Sequence record: MT446423.1
DNA: 64,000 nt
Strand: one strand, 5' to 3'
Source of the DNA: Escherichia virus TH58
Positions 36,260 through 45,152 of this stretch are shown here, piece by piece (the first letter of the stretch is position 1; every line of letters begins with the position of its first letter). A model generated the notes under the pieces. The model saw only the letters and a program-made list of their open reading frames with translations. It was not told where the DNA came from and did not search any database. The position numbers and the translations under genes are program-made.

Positions 36260-36445
36260 ATGAAACGCGCTGAACTGATTCGTAATGTTGCTGTAGTAAT
36301 TGCTTCAGTAGCTTTTAGTTTTTCGATGTTTGTAGGATTCATTTGTGGACTACTGACAACAACAGAAAATTCTATCTCATTGGTAGTAGCATTTCTAATC
36401 GGCTTAATCGCTATCGTTATGGATAAAATTGCAAAAGGTGAGTAA
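36260..36445 (+). CDS. small membrane protein
   Basis: GGAG RBS then ATG 36260; about 61 aa with two hydrophobic segments. Confidence 0.4.
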   Translation: MKRAELIRNVAVVIASVAFSFSMFVGFICGLLTTTENSISLVVAFLIGLIAIVMDKIAKGE

Positions 36446-36446
36446 A

Positions 36447-36809
36447 ATGAAATATCATGTATATGCGGATTTTGAAGCAAATCCTTCTAAAGACCCTGAT
36501 TGTCGTTTGATACGCGAACCATTTGATTCAGCAGCTCAAGCATGGGCTTGGATTAAATCTAAATCGCCTGGTTATATGTTCTTTGAAGTAGTCGATGACA
36601 ATGGTACACTGCATCCAGAACCTACAGAAACTATTAATTTCCTTCTGTTTGCTGGTTACGACTGTTATCCTCTTGGTGGTATTGACGACCTTGTTGCTAC
36701 AGGAAAAACCGTTGAGGCTCTTCGCGAAATTTATAAAAACGCAGAAGAAAATTTTGACTGGTATCATATTGTTGATGCTCACACCTTTGAAGTGGTGGAA
36801 CACTCATGA
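36447..36809 (+). CDS. hypothetical protein
   Basis: 120-aa ORF, tightly packed with neighbours. Confidence 0.45.
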   Translation: MKYHVYADFEANPSKDPDCRLIREPFDSAAQAWAWIKSKSPGYMFFEVVDDNGTLHPEPTETINFLLFAGYDCYPLGGIDDLVATGKTVEALREIYKNAEENFDWYHIVDAHTFEVVEHS

Positions 36810-37096
36810 TTCTTTATGCTAAAGTAAAATCTGTTGAGAATGGATATGAAAGCGATCGACGTGCAGCTAAAGCACTAGTCGATGACTATGGTATTTTGAC
36901 CCACTTTGAGGTTGAAAAGGTTTACGTCGACCGTTCATCTTCACAGGTTAAATTACTTTGGGAAGACCGCAAATTTAATAGTGTGAACTTTGATTTCTTT
37001 ATTGAAACAGAAAAAGGCCCTCTTGAATATGATATTTTCAAGAATCCTTTGAAATTACGTTGCATTGAATATAATTACATTAATATGGTACGGTGA
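36806..37096 (+). CDS. hypothetical protein
   Basis: 96-aa ORF overlapping upstream stop. Confidence 0.45.
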   Translation: MILYAKVKSVENGYESDRRAAKALVDDYGILTHFEVEKVYVDRSSSQVKLLWEDRKFNSVNFDFFIETEKGPLEYDIFKNPLKLRCIEYNYINMVR

Positions 37097-37100
37097 GTAA

Positions 37101-37616
37101 ATGAATATTTGTTTAGGCAGTACAATTCCTAAAGGTTACGTAATTGATGTCACTACTTGGGAAAATGATGGCGACAATTATAAAACCAAAACATTATTTG
37201 GTGTAGAAGAGCATGAGCTCCAACAGTTTAAATATCTCTTGAAGAAATTTAAGAGTCGCCATTCTAGCACTAAAGCTGAACGTTACTGTGGTAATACACC
37301 ATTCAGTGATTGCTCGCTTTTAATCTATGAATACTTGGTTGAAGGACTGTTCTCAGACCAGCTTTATCCAGAATTCATTAAAAAGGTCTTTGATATTGAA
37401 GTCGACCTCGGTAATAAATCTGAAGAAGACGAATCACGTGTATTTGACCTGTTCCGTGAGAATGGATATTTGGTATCAGAAGGTCTCACTGATATTCTTG
37501 GCCATGCTTCTGAATATTATGATTATGATTTCTTGCGTGTAGTTGAACGTGTTGAATTCGCTTATATTGAAGAAGAAATTGTTTTGCCGACTGTTAAAAT
37601 GATTGATTTGCTTTAA
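37101..37616 (+). CDS. hypothetical protein
   Basis: 171-aa ORF. Confidence 0.45.
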   Translation: MNICLGSTIPKGYVIDVTTWENDGDNYKTKTLFGVEEHELQQFKYLLKKFKSRHSSTKAERYCGNTPFSDCSLLIYEYLVEGLFSDQLYPEFIKKVFDIEVDLGNKSEEDESRVFDLFRENGYLVSEGLTDILGHASEYYDYDFLRVVERVEFAYIEEEIVLPTVKMIDLL

Positions 37617-37695
37617 GAATTATGTGTTATTATTAATTCATACCCTCTATTACCAAAGGTGCTCTAAAGTGCCTTTCATAATAGAAAGTTATTTA

Positions 37696-37769
37696 GGCCC
37701 TGTAGCTCAATGGTTAGCAGCAGTCCCCTCATAAGGGAAAGGTTACCAGTTCGAATCTGGTCTGGGCCA
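37696..37769 (+). tRNA. tRNA with anticodon CAU (Met or Ile2)
   Basis: Acceptor GGCCCTG/CTGGGCC, T-arm ACCAG-TTCGAAT-CTGGT, anticodon loop CTCATAA; no encoded CCA; D-arm non-canonical. Confidence 0.6.
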
Positions 37770-37775
37770 TATATT

Positions 37776-37852
<77 letters not shown>

Positions 37853-37870
37853 ACTTCAAATGAGGAAAAT

Positions 37871-38215
37871 ATGAAAGGCAATATTTATTTGGTAGTTCAT
37901 GATTTAACGTTTTATTTTAACGAACAGGATACAGTTATTTCCGACCGGTTGATTAATTCGTTATATCAACACGCTGATTACGTTTATTTTAAAAATGAAT
38001 TCGGACATTGGAAGTTTCTTAAAAACCGTTCCGGGTTAACTAGTTTTGAATACTTTGACCGTAAAGACCTTTTAAACGAAATCCCATTGCAACATCGGTT
38101 CCAGAAACGCGAATCATTATATTATTGCCGTCATATACCAAACGCAGAATGTGCTTATGAAGCGATTAATCTATGGCGTCGGCGTCGAGAACAAATTGAT
38201 GATATGCCAAAATAA
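37871..38215 (+). CDS. hypothetical protein
   Basis: 114 aa from ATG 37871 with GAGGA RBS; lies between the tRNAs and the RNA region. Confidence 0.4.
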   Translation: MKGNIYLVVHDLTFYFNEQDTVISDRLINSLYQHADYVYFKNEFGHWKFLKNRSGLTSFEYFDRKDLLNEIPLQHRFQKRESLYYCRHIPNAECAYEAINLWRRRREQIDDMPK

Positions 38216-38520
38216 GAAACCGGGTCGCTACCGGTAAGTCGTCGGACTGATGTTCCCTGGAGTATAGTTCCTCCCACAGTTTTACTGTGTTCTGGTTCTT
38301 TACTATCACAGCTGAAACGGCGCACAGAATTATCGATTCGAGGAAATATCTTTGCCGTAAGCCGAGTAGCGTTTTTGACGGAACGTTCGGATATGGTCGA
38401 GATATGGCCTTTTAAAAATATTGAGTAGCGTCAACTGCTTAATAACCGGGTTCGAATCCCGGCGTTTCGTACAAACACTTGCCTTAGCAGGTGGAACCCC
38501 GACAAGGTTGCCGCAAGGCA
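38216..38520 (+). ncRNA. candidate stable small RNA region with tRNA-like T-arm (possible T4 rnaC/rnaD analogue or decayed tRNA)
   Basis: No credible ORF; CCGGG-TTCGAAT-CCCGG T-arm at 38446-38462 with pairing acceptor-like arms (38398-38404 / 38463-38469); ends at a strong terminator. Confidence 0.25.
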
Positions 38521-38522
38521 TA

Positions 38523-38554
38523 GCCCCTTCCGAAAGGTTGGGGCTTTTTTTTTT
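38523..38554 (+). terminator. intrinsic terminator GCCCCTTCC-GAAA-GGTTGGGGC plus T10
   Basis: GNRA-loop hairpin followed by a 10-nt T-run; one of four near-identical copies. Confidence 0.75.
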
Positions 38555-38596
38555 GGCATAATAAATAGATAAGTTAATTAACTTAGGAAAAGCAAC

Positions 38597-39061
38597 ATGA
38601 AATCATACGCTGAATTTTTGACTGAACAATCTAGTTCAGATGTAAAAGCCGCTGCGATTGCAGCAATTCGAGCAGGTAAATATTCTTACAAAGACGCCTC
38701 TGATGAAGAACGTTTCCGTTTTATTAGAGATTTTAAAGCCGAAGGTTTTACTAATGCTAATACTGTTAGCCGAGTTTTTAAAAGCCTAGCTGCATCAGGT
38801 GAATTGTTCCAGAAAGCTACAGGTAAAGCACCTGCGCCAAAAGCGGACCCTAAAGCCGCTCAAGAAAAAAATATCGCCAAAGGAATTATTTCTAAGTATG
38901 AAGCAATTCTTAAAGAGCTTTTAGTAATCAAATCAGAAGGCCAGAAACTGGCACGAGCACATAGCTTCAAAGATAATCCTCACGCTCATAGCCTTGAGTA
39001 TGTTGAAGATATCCAAAAACTTATTAAAGACCGTATCTGGTCTGCTAAACAAATTAAATAA
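38597..39061 (+). CDS. internal-protein-like protein with capsid-targeting sequence
   Basis: N-terminus MKSYAEFLTE resembles the targeting motif; 154 aa. Confidence 0.5.
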   Translation: MKSYAEFLTEQSSSDVKAAAIAAIRAGKYSYKDASDEERFRFIRDFKAEGFTNANTVSRVFKSLAASGELFQKATGKAPAPKADPKAAQEKNIAKGIISKYEAILKELLVIKSEGQKLARAHSFKDNPHAHSLEYVEDIQKLIKDRIWSAKQIK

Positions 39062-39067
39062 TAGAAT

Positions 39068-39095
39068 GCCCCTTCCTTACGGTTGGGGCTTTTTG
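39068..39095 (+). terminator. intrinsic terminator GCCCCTTCC-TTAC-GGTTGGGGC plus T-run
   Basis: Near-identical copy of the 38523 terminator. Confidence 0.7.
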
Positions 39096-39127
39096 GTATC
39101 TAGGGCATAAAAATATTTCATAAAGAT

Positions 39128-39157
39128 GTTTACTTCTTCTAAGGACATGATACTATA
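39128..39157 (+). promoter_or_regulatory. early promoter cassette (GTTTAC ... TGATACTATAG)
   Basis: Family member upstream of ORF 39185. Confidence 0.5.
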
Positions 39158-39184
39158 GACTTATCAACCACATAGGAAAATGTT

Positions 39185-39688
39185 ATGAGTCTTTATACTG
39201 AACTGAATAAAAAATCTGAAGAATCTGCTGAAACTATTTTTAAAAACGTGCAAAAACGTATTTTAGAAAAGATGTATAACGCTGCATCTAAAGGTGAAAA
39301 ATCTTGCCGGTTCCCGATGAGGTGTTCCTCCGATTTATGCGCAAATACTATTGAATGGCTGGAAAGTGAAGGTCTTACGGTAGAGAAAAACCCGGCGACT
39401 TCTATTGACAGCGAATCATATATTAGTATTTCTTGGGATAAATCAAGGGTAGAAGAGAAAGATGGTGATTGGGTTGTAGATGTTAAAACTTCTGATGGTG
39501 GACGTTCTGTTGAAGTTTCAGCTGTAGTTAAAGGTACCCACGAACAAAGGACTTGGGGTTGGGGTGGTGAAGAAAAAGAAATTGTTCTTAGTGTGATTGC
39601 CAGGTCAACTAGTAATAAAATTGCACAAAGCATCATTGACGCTGCAATTGCTGAAGCAGAAAAAATTTGCAAAATTAAAAATAAATGA
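39185..39688 (+). CDS. hypothetical protein
   Basis: 167-aa ORF. Confidence 0.45.
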   Translation: MSLYTELNKKSEESAETIFKNVQKRILEKMYNAASKGEKSCRFPMRCSSDLCANTIEWLESEGLTVEKNPATSIDSESYISISWDKSRVEEKDGDWVVDVKTSDGGRSVEVSAVVKGTHEQRTWGWGGEEKEIVLSVIARSTSNKIAQSIIDAAIAEAEKICKIKNK

Positions 39689-39712
39689 TGTACAAACGCC
39701 AAGGATGGTGAT

Positions 39713-39994
39713 ATGATTACTCCACCAACAAATGAGGAAAACAAAATGTTTAAGTCTGATATCGAACAAGCTAAAGAAATCGCCTCAGAATACTTTGGTT
39801 CATTCTTACGTCTTTTTGGAGAAATTCCTGAATTTAATTCTGCATCAGAATCTGCGGAAGCTTTAAAGGCCATTGAAAATATTATTTTGGAAGACCTTAA
39901 ATCTTTCGACGGTTCTAATCTTTCGGCACTTCCTCGTATAATCGATATCCATGTTCTGGATAAAATGGAAGAGATTATTAATTCGTACAAATAA
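39713..39994 (+). CDS. hypothetical protein
   Basis: 93-aa ORF. Confidence 0.4.
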   Translation: MITPPTNEENKMFKSDIEQAKEIASEYFGSFLRLFGEIPEFNSASESAEALKAIENIILEDLKSFDGSNLSALPRIIDIHVLDKMEEIINSYK

Positions 39995-40024
39995 GTGTAC
40001 AAACTCTTGAGAGCAGAGTATAAT
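39995..40024 (+). promoter_or_regulatory. early promoter (GTGTAC-N18-TATAAT) with GAGAGC / GCTCTC inverted repeat
   Basis: -10 TATAAT 40019-40024 flanked by inverted repeat. Confidence 0.45.
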
Positions 40025-40066
40025 GCTCTCGTTGGATAATAAAACCACCAATTGAAAGGTAATAAT

Positions 40067-40660
40067 ATGAACACACTAAAGAAACTTGTTGAATTCATCC
40101 GCACTAAACTGGGTACTGCTATGGCTAAAAATCTGACTGTCGAAGAACAGTATAACGCAGCCGCAGATAAGTTGATTACCCAAATCAAAGAACTAAAAAC
40201 GGCTTCTGTTAAATCTATTAATGAAGAAAAACGTATTCGCGAACTTGCTAATGAAAAGAACAAGCAAGCTGCTTCTAAGGAACGTGAAATTCGTAAGCTC
40301 CTGGCTGAAGGACAAGATGTTACCATGCATGCTAAGCTTGGTCTTCTGTATCGTCGAACTGCCGAACAACTTAATACAAAAGCTGCCGGGTATGCCGCTA
40401 TGCGAATTGAAATTGCTCGTAAGGTGGTTGAACTTGATGATGCTCGTCAGAATCTGGCAATCAAACTCGAATACATTCGTGAAACTCGAGCAGCTAATGC
40501 CCTTGGTATCTCTACGGCTGATGATGTAATTGAAATCGCTGCACTGACTAAGGTTGATATCGAAGACACTCTGACTCGTGTTGAAACGTTCAATGGCACT
40601 CCAACCGGTGTCGAAACCACTTCTGCTGATGTACAAGAATATATTAACTCTTTGAAATAA
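40067..40660 (+). CDS. coiled-coil protein (weak PspA/IM30-like character)
   Basis: 197 aa, almost entirely heptad-like helical sequence. Confidence 0.4.
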   Translation: MNTLKKLVEFIRTKLGTAMAKNLTVEEQYNAAADKLITQIKELKTASVKSINEEKRIRELANEKNKQAASKEREIRKLLAEGQDVTMHAKLGLLYRRTAEQLNTKAAGYAAMRIEIARKVVELDDARQNLAIKLEYIRETRAANALGISTADDVIEIAALTKVDIEDTLTRVETFNGTPTGVETTSADVQEYINSLK

Positions 40661-40668
40661 AATAATAC

Positions 40669-40691
40669 GGAGGACTCCGGTCCTCCTTTTG
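40669..40691 (+). terminator. intrinsic terminator GGAGGAC-TCCG-GTCCTCC plus TTTT
   Basis: Perfect 7-bp stem then T-run after the coiled-coil gene. Confidence 0.65.
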
Positions 40692-40709
40692 GATAATAAA
40701 GGAGTTAAC

Positions 40710-41306
40710 ATGCGAAACCAAAATAATGATATTGACTCGATGTTCGAAGAGTTCCGAAATAAGGTAAATCCACCTACGTCTTTAGTTGATTCATTACGAT
40801 ATATTGCAACTGGACGTAAATGGTACTGGTCGTCTTCTTATGAGACAACTGAATATGCAAATAACCGAAAATCTTTATTAGCCCCAGGTATTATGATTCA
40901 TGATATCGGAGCTATTGCTAAACTAGTTGCAGACCATGATATTAGATTCACTGATTTCGTTGCTCCTACGTGGTCTGTTTGTTGTTTAAACACTGAATGG
41001 GACTATATCAGTGAACGCTCTGAAGATTATTATGGTTTTAGAGATAAGCTCTTAAGGTCTAACATGTTTTATATCGATACTGAAGTCCTAGTCGATAATA
41101 AAAAATATTACTTTACGTTAATCGTCGATTCTGAAACTATGTATGAAGGCAAGCCTTTGCTTAAAAGAGTTGATGCTTTAAGTGCTATTGATGCGCTTTA
41201 TGAAACTATGGTTGTTAGTCCTAATTTCACTAACAATTTAATCCTTGAGCAATTTATTATGGAATGTAGAGAATATGTCAAAGCCAACCCTATACATGCC
41301 AAGTAA
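40710..41306 (+). CDS. hypothetical protein ending in FIMECR motif
   Basis: AAGGAG RBS then ATG 40710; 198 aa. Confidence 0.45.
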   Translation: MRNQNNDIDSMFEEFRNKVNPPTSLVDSLRYIATGRKWYWSSSYETTEYANNRKSLLAPGIMIHDIGAIAKLVADHDIRFTDFVAPTWSVCCLNTEWDYISERSEDYYGFRDKLLRSNMFYIDTEVLVDNKKYYFTLIVDSETMYEGKPLLKRVDALSAIDALYETMVVSPNFTNNLILEQFIMECREYVKANPIHAK

Positions 41307-41670
41307 GCCCTGGGCATACGAATACAAACGTAAATTAATTCCTAATGAAGTGTTGTTTGGTCCTATTTTAGCTTTAGCATTTTTAATCTTTATGATTATA
41401 GGAGCTATTTTAGATTCCAATAAAGTTATATCGTCTGATGCAGTGTTTTTACTTATTATAGTCGGGTCGTTTATTGTACCATTTTTATTAATGCCTATTA
41501 ACTGGGTGGGATATTGGTACCAAGGACGTCATCATAGAGCCCGATTAAGAGAATGGAAAGTTCAGTGCGCAAAAGCCCAAGCTCAGTATGACGAAGCTGT
41601 TAAAAAGTATGAATATGAAGAAGCTATGGAATTCGTTAAGGAAATAAGATGCAAAAGCCTCAACTCTTAA
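41275..41670 (+). CDS. small membrane protein ending in FVKEIRCK motif
   Basis: About 131 aa with two TM segments. Confidence 0.45.
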   Translation: MSKPTLYMPSKPWAYEYKRKLIPNEVLFGPILALAFLIFMIIGAILDSNKVISSDAVFLLIIVGSFIVPFLLMPINWVGYWYQGRHHRARLREWKVQCAKAQAQYDEAVKKYEYEEAMEFVKEIRCKSLNS

Positions 41671-42008
41671 CCGTATGGCCTTCTCTTGGTGAGAACATTC
41701 TAATTTTTATTATGAGTATTGGCATGGGATTTGCCTTTGGACTAGTTGGATTTCTTATTGACGGTGTTGTGTTAGGATTTATAGGGAACACCGGTGGATT
41801 CACAGACCAATGGCAGGACTTACGGTATACCCAAGCCTTTGCATCCATCGCATCCTTTTGTACTGTAGTCTATTTTTACTATGATTTTATAAGCCATAAC
41901 AAGAAAAATAAAAAGGTTTACGCTTCTCAAATGATTAGTTATAATGAACTCCTAGCTAGACGTGAAAATGAAACAATAGAAAACTTTATTAAGGAATGTA
42001 GAAAATGA
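41649..42008 (+). CDS. small membrane protein ending in NFIKECRK
   Basis: 119 aa with two TM segments. Confidence 0.45.
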   Translation: MQKPQLLTVWPSLGENILIFIMSIGMGFAFGLVGFLIDGVVLGFIGNTGGFTDQWQDLRYTQAFASIASFCTVVYFYYDFISHNKKNKKVYASQMISYNELLARRENETIENFIKECRK

Positions 42009-42310
42009 GTAAGATTATTGAAATTAAAGTACCAGAGTTTAATGATGCCAAATCCGCTTCAGATGCAATTTATAAACTTCTGAATCAAGCTGAACGTATC
42101 GAAGAAGAGGCAACAAAGATCGCAGACCAATACGCCGTATCATTTTCTGTAGGTGATTATGGTAGCGGTCGTACTTATTATCCTAAGGGTGAAATCGTAT
42201 CCCAGTGGATGAAAGATGAAATTGAAAATAATGGTGGCGATGTTAAGCGTGAAGGTAATGGTTACGTTATTACTGAAGGTGCTTGGGTTTCGTCTTCTGC
42301 GTTGTGCTAA
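42005..42310 (+). CDS. paralog 1 of tandem trio (C-terminus GAWVSSSALC)
   Basis: 101 aa. Confidence 0.45.
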   Translation: MSKIIEIKVPEFNDAKSASDAIYKLLNQAERIEEEATKIADQYAVSFSVGDYGSGRTYYPKGEIVSQWMKDEIENNGGDVKREGNGYVITEGAWVSSSALC

Positions 42311-42321
42311 GGGGAATCATT

Positions 42322-42594
42322 ATGTCTAAAGAACAAACCGAACTGGCTGAAGCTGTAGCAAAAATCTATGCAGCTATTGAGGCTGCCAAAGAAATTGCTG
42401 ATAAACAAAACACAACATTCGACTTGTGTCCAGCTTATGGTATGGGCGGAACCTATCATTCACCCGGACAACTTAAAGCCGATCTTGAACGTTGTACAAA
42501 AAACGGCTATGCTGAATGGGCTGACGTTTACCAATACGACTACAATCTGAGCCTCGAAACTGGTGGTTGGATTGCATCTTCTCACACTTGTTAA
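42322..42594 (+). CDS. paralog 2 of tandem trio (C-terminus GGWIASSHTC)
   Basis: About 90 aa. Confidence 0.45.
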   Translation: MSKEQTELAEAVAKIYAAIEAAKEIADKQNTTFDLCPAYGMGGTYHSPGQLKADLERCTKNGYAEWADVYQYDYNLSLETGGWIASSHTC

Positions 42595-42603
42595 GGAAAC
42601 CAT

Positions 42604-42801
42604 ATGTCTCGTGAATTAGATTGTGCTGTACGTACGGCAGTAGCTGCTCTGGAAAACCTGTTCCAAATTGCAACAGAAGAACGCGAAGAAGTTACATTAT
42701 GGATTGAAGATAACGCAGGTCTGAATCTCCAGAACGCAATCTCGGTATCAAATAATAGTATTACTGTTCAAGGCTGGGTATCATCTAGTTATTCTTGCTA
42801 A
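42604..42801 (+). CDS. paralog 3 of tandem trio (C-terminus QGWVSSSYSC)
   Basis: 65 aa. Confidence 0.45.
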   Translation: MSRELDCAVRTAVAALENLFQIATEEREEVTLWIEDNAGLNLQNAISVSNNSITVQGWVSSSYSC

Positions 42802-42805
42802 AACA

Positions 42806-42836
42806 GTTTACAACAAGATAGGGCTATGTTATAGTA
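42806..42836 (+). promoter_or_regulatory. early promoter cassette (GTTTAC ... TGTTATAGTA) with inverted repeat
   Basis: GATAGGGCT / AGTCCTATC arms around the -10. Confidence 0.5.
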
Positions 42837-42863
42837 GTCCTATCAAATTAAATGGAGTCCACA

Positions 42864-43103
42864 ATGATTTATTACGAAAGTGTTGGAACCAAAGTGGTTG
42901 GTAAAACCATTACTCGTGAAAAGTTTGCTAAGATATTCGATATGCGTTATAAAAAATCTGAACACAAAGGCATTCGATTCGAAGATGCGCACTGTACAAT
43001 TTGCCCTTATAATGAAGACATAAATGGTACAATCGTTCCATTGGTAGAGGCTTCACACGATGACCTCTGGGATGAATATGATATCGCATGTCGTGAAATT
43101 TAA
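42864..43103 (+). CDS. hypothetical protein
   Basis: GGAG RBS then ATG 42864; about 79 aa. Confidence 0.4.
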   Translation: MIYYESVGTKVVGKTITREKFAKIFDMRYKKSEHKGIRFEDAHCTICPYNEDINGTIVPLVEASHDDLWDEYDIACREI

Positions 43104-43131
43104 GTTAATGAATTAATCCGAGGAAAATATT

Positions 43132-44088
43132 ATGATGTTAGTTATTGGTTCTCGTGCACTTCACTATCACGGTCTTATTGATTCTAATGCTATCAAAAAT
43201 AGTGACTGGGACTTTATTGCAGACCAAGGTTCTTGGAATGCATTTAAAAATCAAATGATGGGTGTATATGTTCATCAAGATAACCCTGATGTCCAAGTTT
43301 TCAAATGCTTCCATAACGGACGCGAAACTCATTTTGAAGCATATATTGTTCCGGCAATCACTAATGTCCGTGAATTAGTAGGTGAACTCACTCCTGAAGA
43401 TTTCACGTCTTCTTATGACCTTTTAAAATACGCCAAGAAAAATTTGTCTAAAGATCATTTGAACGGGTTTTACTGGGCAACTCCTGAGATGTGTCTTGCA
43501 ATTAAGATGTCTCATCGTTTCAAGAAAAATAATCCATTCTTTTTAAAGACTATGAACCATATTCAGTATCTTCGTGGTAAAGGTGTTACACTGAACGATG
43601 AACTTACTGAAATTATGCTGAAACGCCAGAAAGAAACCTTGAACTATGCTCACCCAGTTCTTGACACTTCTAAAAGTGCGTTCTTTAAAGATGACATCTA
43701 TACTTATGACCATGATACTATTCATGAAGCCATTGCACTAACAGACCGTCCAGCGTATACATTTTATATGAAAGACGGTTCTGAAGTCATGACCTCACGT
43801 GAGAAGTTCGAATCATTACCAGAAATGGTCAAATTGGCCGGTGTATATGAAGAATCATGTGTACTAGCATTAGAACGTTCTCAGATTCCTAATGACTTTA
43901 AAATTAACCCTGAAGCCAGTTTTATGATGGCATTGGAAAAAGTCTGTACAAGCATCACCTCCGGTTGGTTCCGTGAGTACGCATACGAGAACTATTATGA
44001 AGTAGTGGCTATGTATCATAAGCTCGGCAAAAATGATTACGTCAAACGTTTCAAACAAAATTTCCATATGGTAAAACCTTTCAAATAG
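43132..44088 (+). CDS. hypothetical protein, possible nucleotidyltransferase fold
   Basis: 318 aa; N-terminal VIGSRAL...SDWDFI loosely resembles a GS...DxD motif. Confidence 0.4.
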   Translation: MMLVIGSRALHYHGLIDSNAIKNSDWDFIADQGSWNAFKNQMMGVYVHQDNPDVQVFKCFHNGRETHFEAYIVPAITNVRELVGELTPEDFTSSYDLLKYAKKNLSKDHLNGFYWATPEMCLAIKMSHRFKKNNPFFLKTMNHIQYLRGKGVTLNDELTEIMLKRQKETLNYAHPVLDTSKSAFFKDDIYTYDHDTIHEAIALTDRPAYTFYMKDGSEVMTSREKFESLPEMVKLAGVYEESCVLALERSQIPNDFKINPEASFMMALEKVCTSITSGWFREYAYENYYEVVAMYHKLGKNDYVKRFKQNFHMVKPFK

Positions 44089-44100
44089 TTTCGCAAAGCT

Positions 44101-44131
44101 GTTTACAACATGATAGGACTATGTTATAGTA
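44101..44131 (+). promoter_or_regulatory. early promoter cassette (GTTTAC ... TGTTATAGTA) with inverted repeat
   Basis: ATAGGACT / AGTCCTAT arms around the -10. Confidence 0.5.
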
Positions 44132-44158
44132 GTCCTATTAAAACATGAGGAGAATATT

Positions 44159-44464
44159 ATGAAATTAGGCGAAACCAACCGAATTGGTCTTTTAACAATA
44201 TTTGCATCACCTTTTTACGCAGCTCTTTCTGTTGCAGTATTACAAAAGGCTTACGATATGGATGGTGTTCCTGGTTTTGTATTCTTATCGCCGTTTTTGC
44301 TATTCGTTGGAGCATTGTTATTATATGCCACGACTAGTTTCGACCATAATGTCTGGGTCAATTATAAATGTAAATTGTCTGAAGAAGAACACGCGGAAGC
44401 TCGTAAAAAAGCTATTGAATCTACCAATCTAGAAAATTTCATTAAAGAATGTCGAGGAAAATAA
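44159..44464 (+). CDS. small membrane protein ending in NFIKECRGK
   Basis: 101 aa with two TM segments. Confidence 0.45.
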   Translation: MKLGETNRIGLLTIFASPFYAALSVAVLQKAYDMDGVPGFVFLSPFLLFVGALLLYATTSFDHNVWVNYKCKLSEEEHAEARKKAIESTNLENFIKECRGK

Positions 44465-44465
44465 T

Positions 44466-45152
44466 ATGAATAGTTCTAAAGTGTTTAATAGTCAAGCTCG
44501 TGCAGTAGGTGGTTTTGCTCATGCGATTAAAAACGACCAGATTAAAAACGAGCCTATGTTCTTTAACTGTGATTTGAATTTTGCTTTTGATAATGGCGGC
44601 CCAATTACTCGTAGCTTTATCCAAAATCTTCCCGACGATTGGAAAGACTCGGATGTAGTATTTGATTCACGAGTTCACATGCTGATGCCTGGTTGGTATC
44701 CTGCTATTCCTGGATATCACCATGATGATGTTCCTCGCCCTGATATTCCAGTTGGTCAACACTTTATTACTGCAGGACAACCTGATTATGACAACCCTCG
44801 TTACCATTCTGAACATATTCTTGGTCTTGTTAACGCTGATGTGTGTCCTACTCATTTTGCAACAGGAACTGCAGAGTTCAGTCAGATTCCTGATGGCGAA
44901 CTTATCTATCGCCAGTGGCACAAAGAAGTCCTCGAAAAAATCGAAAAAGGCGAACTAGAGAAATGGGAAGCTCCAGATCATACTCTTCTTCAGTTTGATT
45001 GGCAAACATGGCACACTGGTTCTCGTGCAATTAGTAATGGATGGCGTTGGTTCGGCCGTGTATCTCGTAATACAGACCGAGTTAAAAAGATTACCAATGA
45101 AATTCGTGTCAACGCTCAAGTTTATCTGGAATTCCCTATGGAAGGCTGGTAA
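44466..45152 (+). CDS. hypothetical protein (weak HxD...H pattern)
   Basis: 228 aa; YHHDD and WHTGSR motifs. Confidence 0.4.
   Translation: MNSSKVFNSQARAVGGFAHAIKNDQIKNEPMFFNCDLNFAFDNGGPITRSFIQNLPDDWKDSDVVFDSRVHMLMPGWYPAIPGYHHDDVPRPDIPVGQHFITAGQPDYDNPRYHSEHILGLVNADVCPTHFATGTAEFSQIPDGELIYRQWHKEVLEKIEKGELEKWEAPDHTLLQFDWQTWHTGSRAISNGWRWFGRVSRNTDRVKKITNEIRVNAQVYLEFPMEGW

Noticed and set aside
38398-38470. Possible third tRNA
   Set aside because: T-arm and acceptor-like pairing are present but no D-arm or anticodon arm can be drawn; reported only as a tRNA-like element within the ncRNA region.
39193-40326. 377-aa minus-strand ORF
   Set aside because: Spans four well-supported plus-strand genes and their promoter and terminator; Ser/Leu-rich low-complexity product; no start context.
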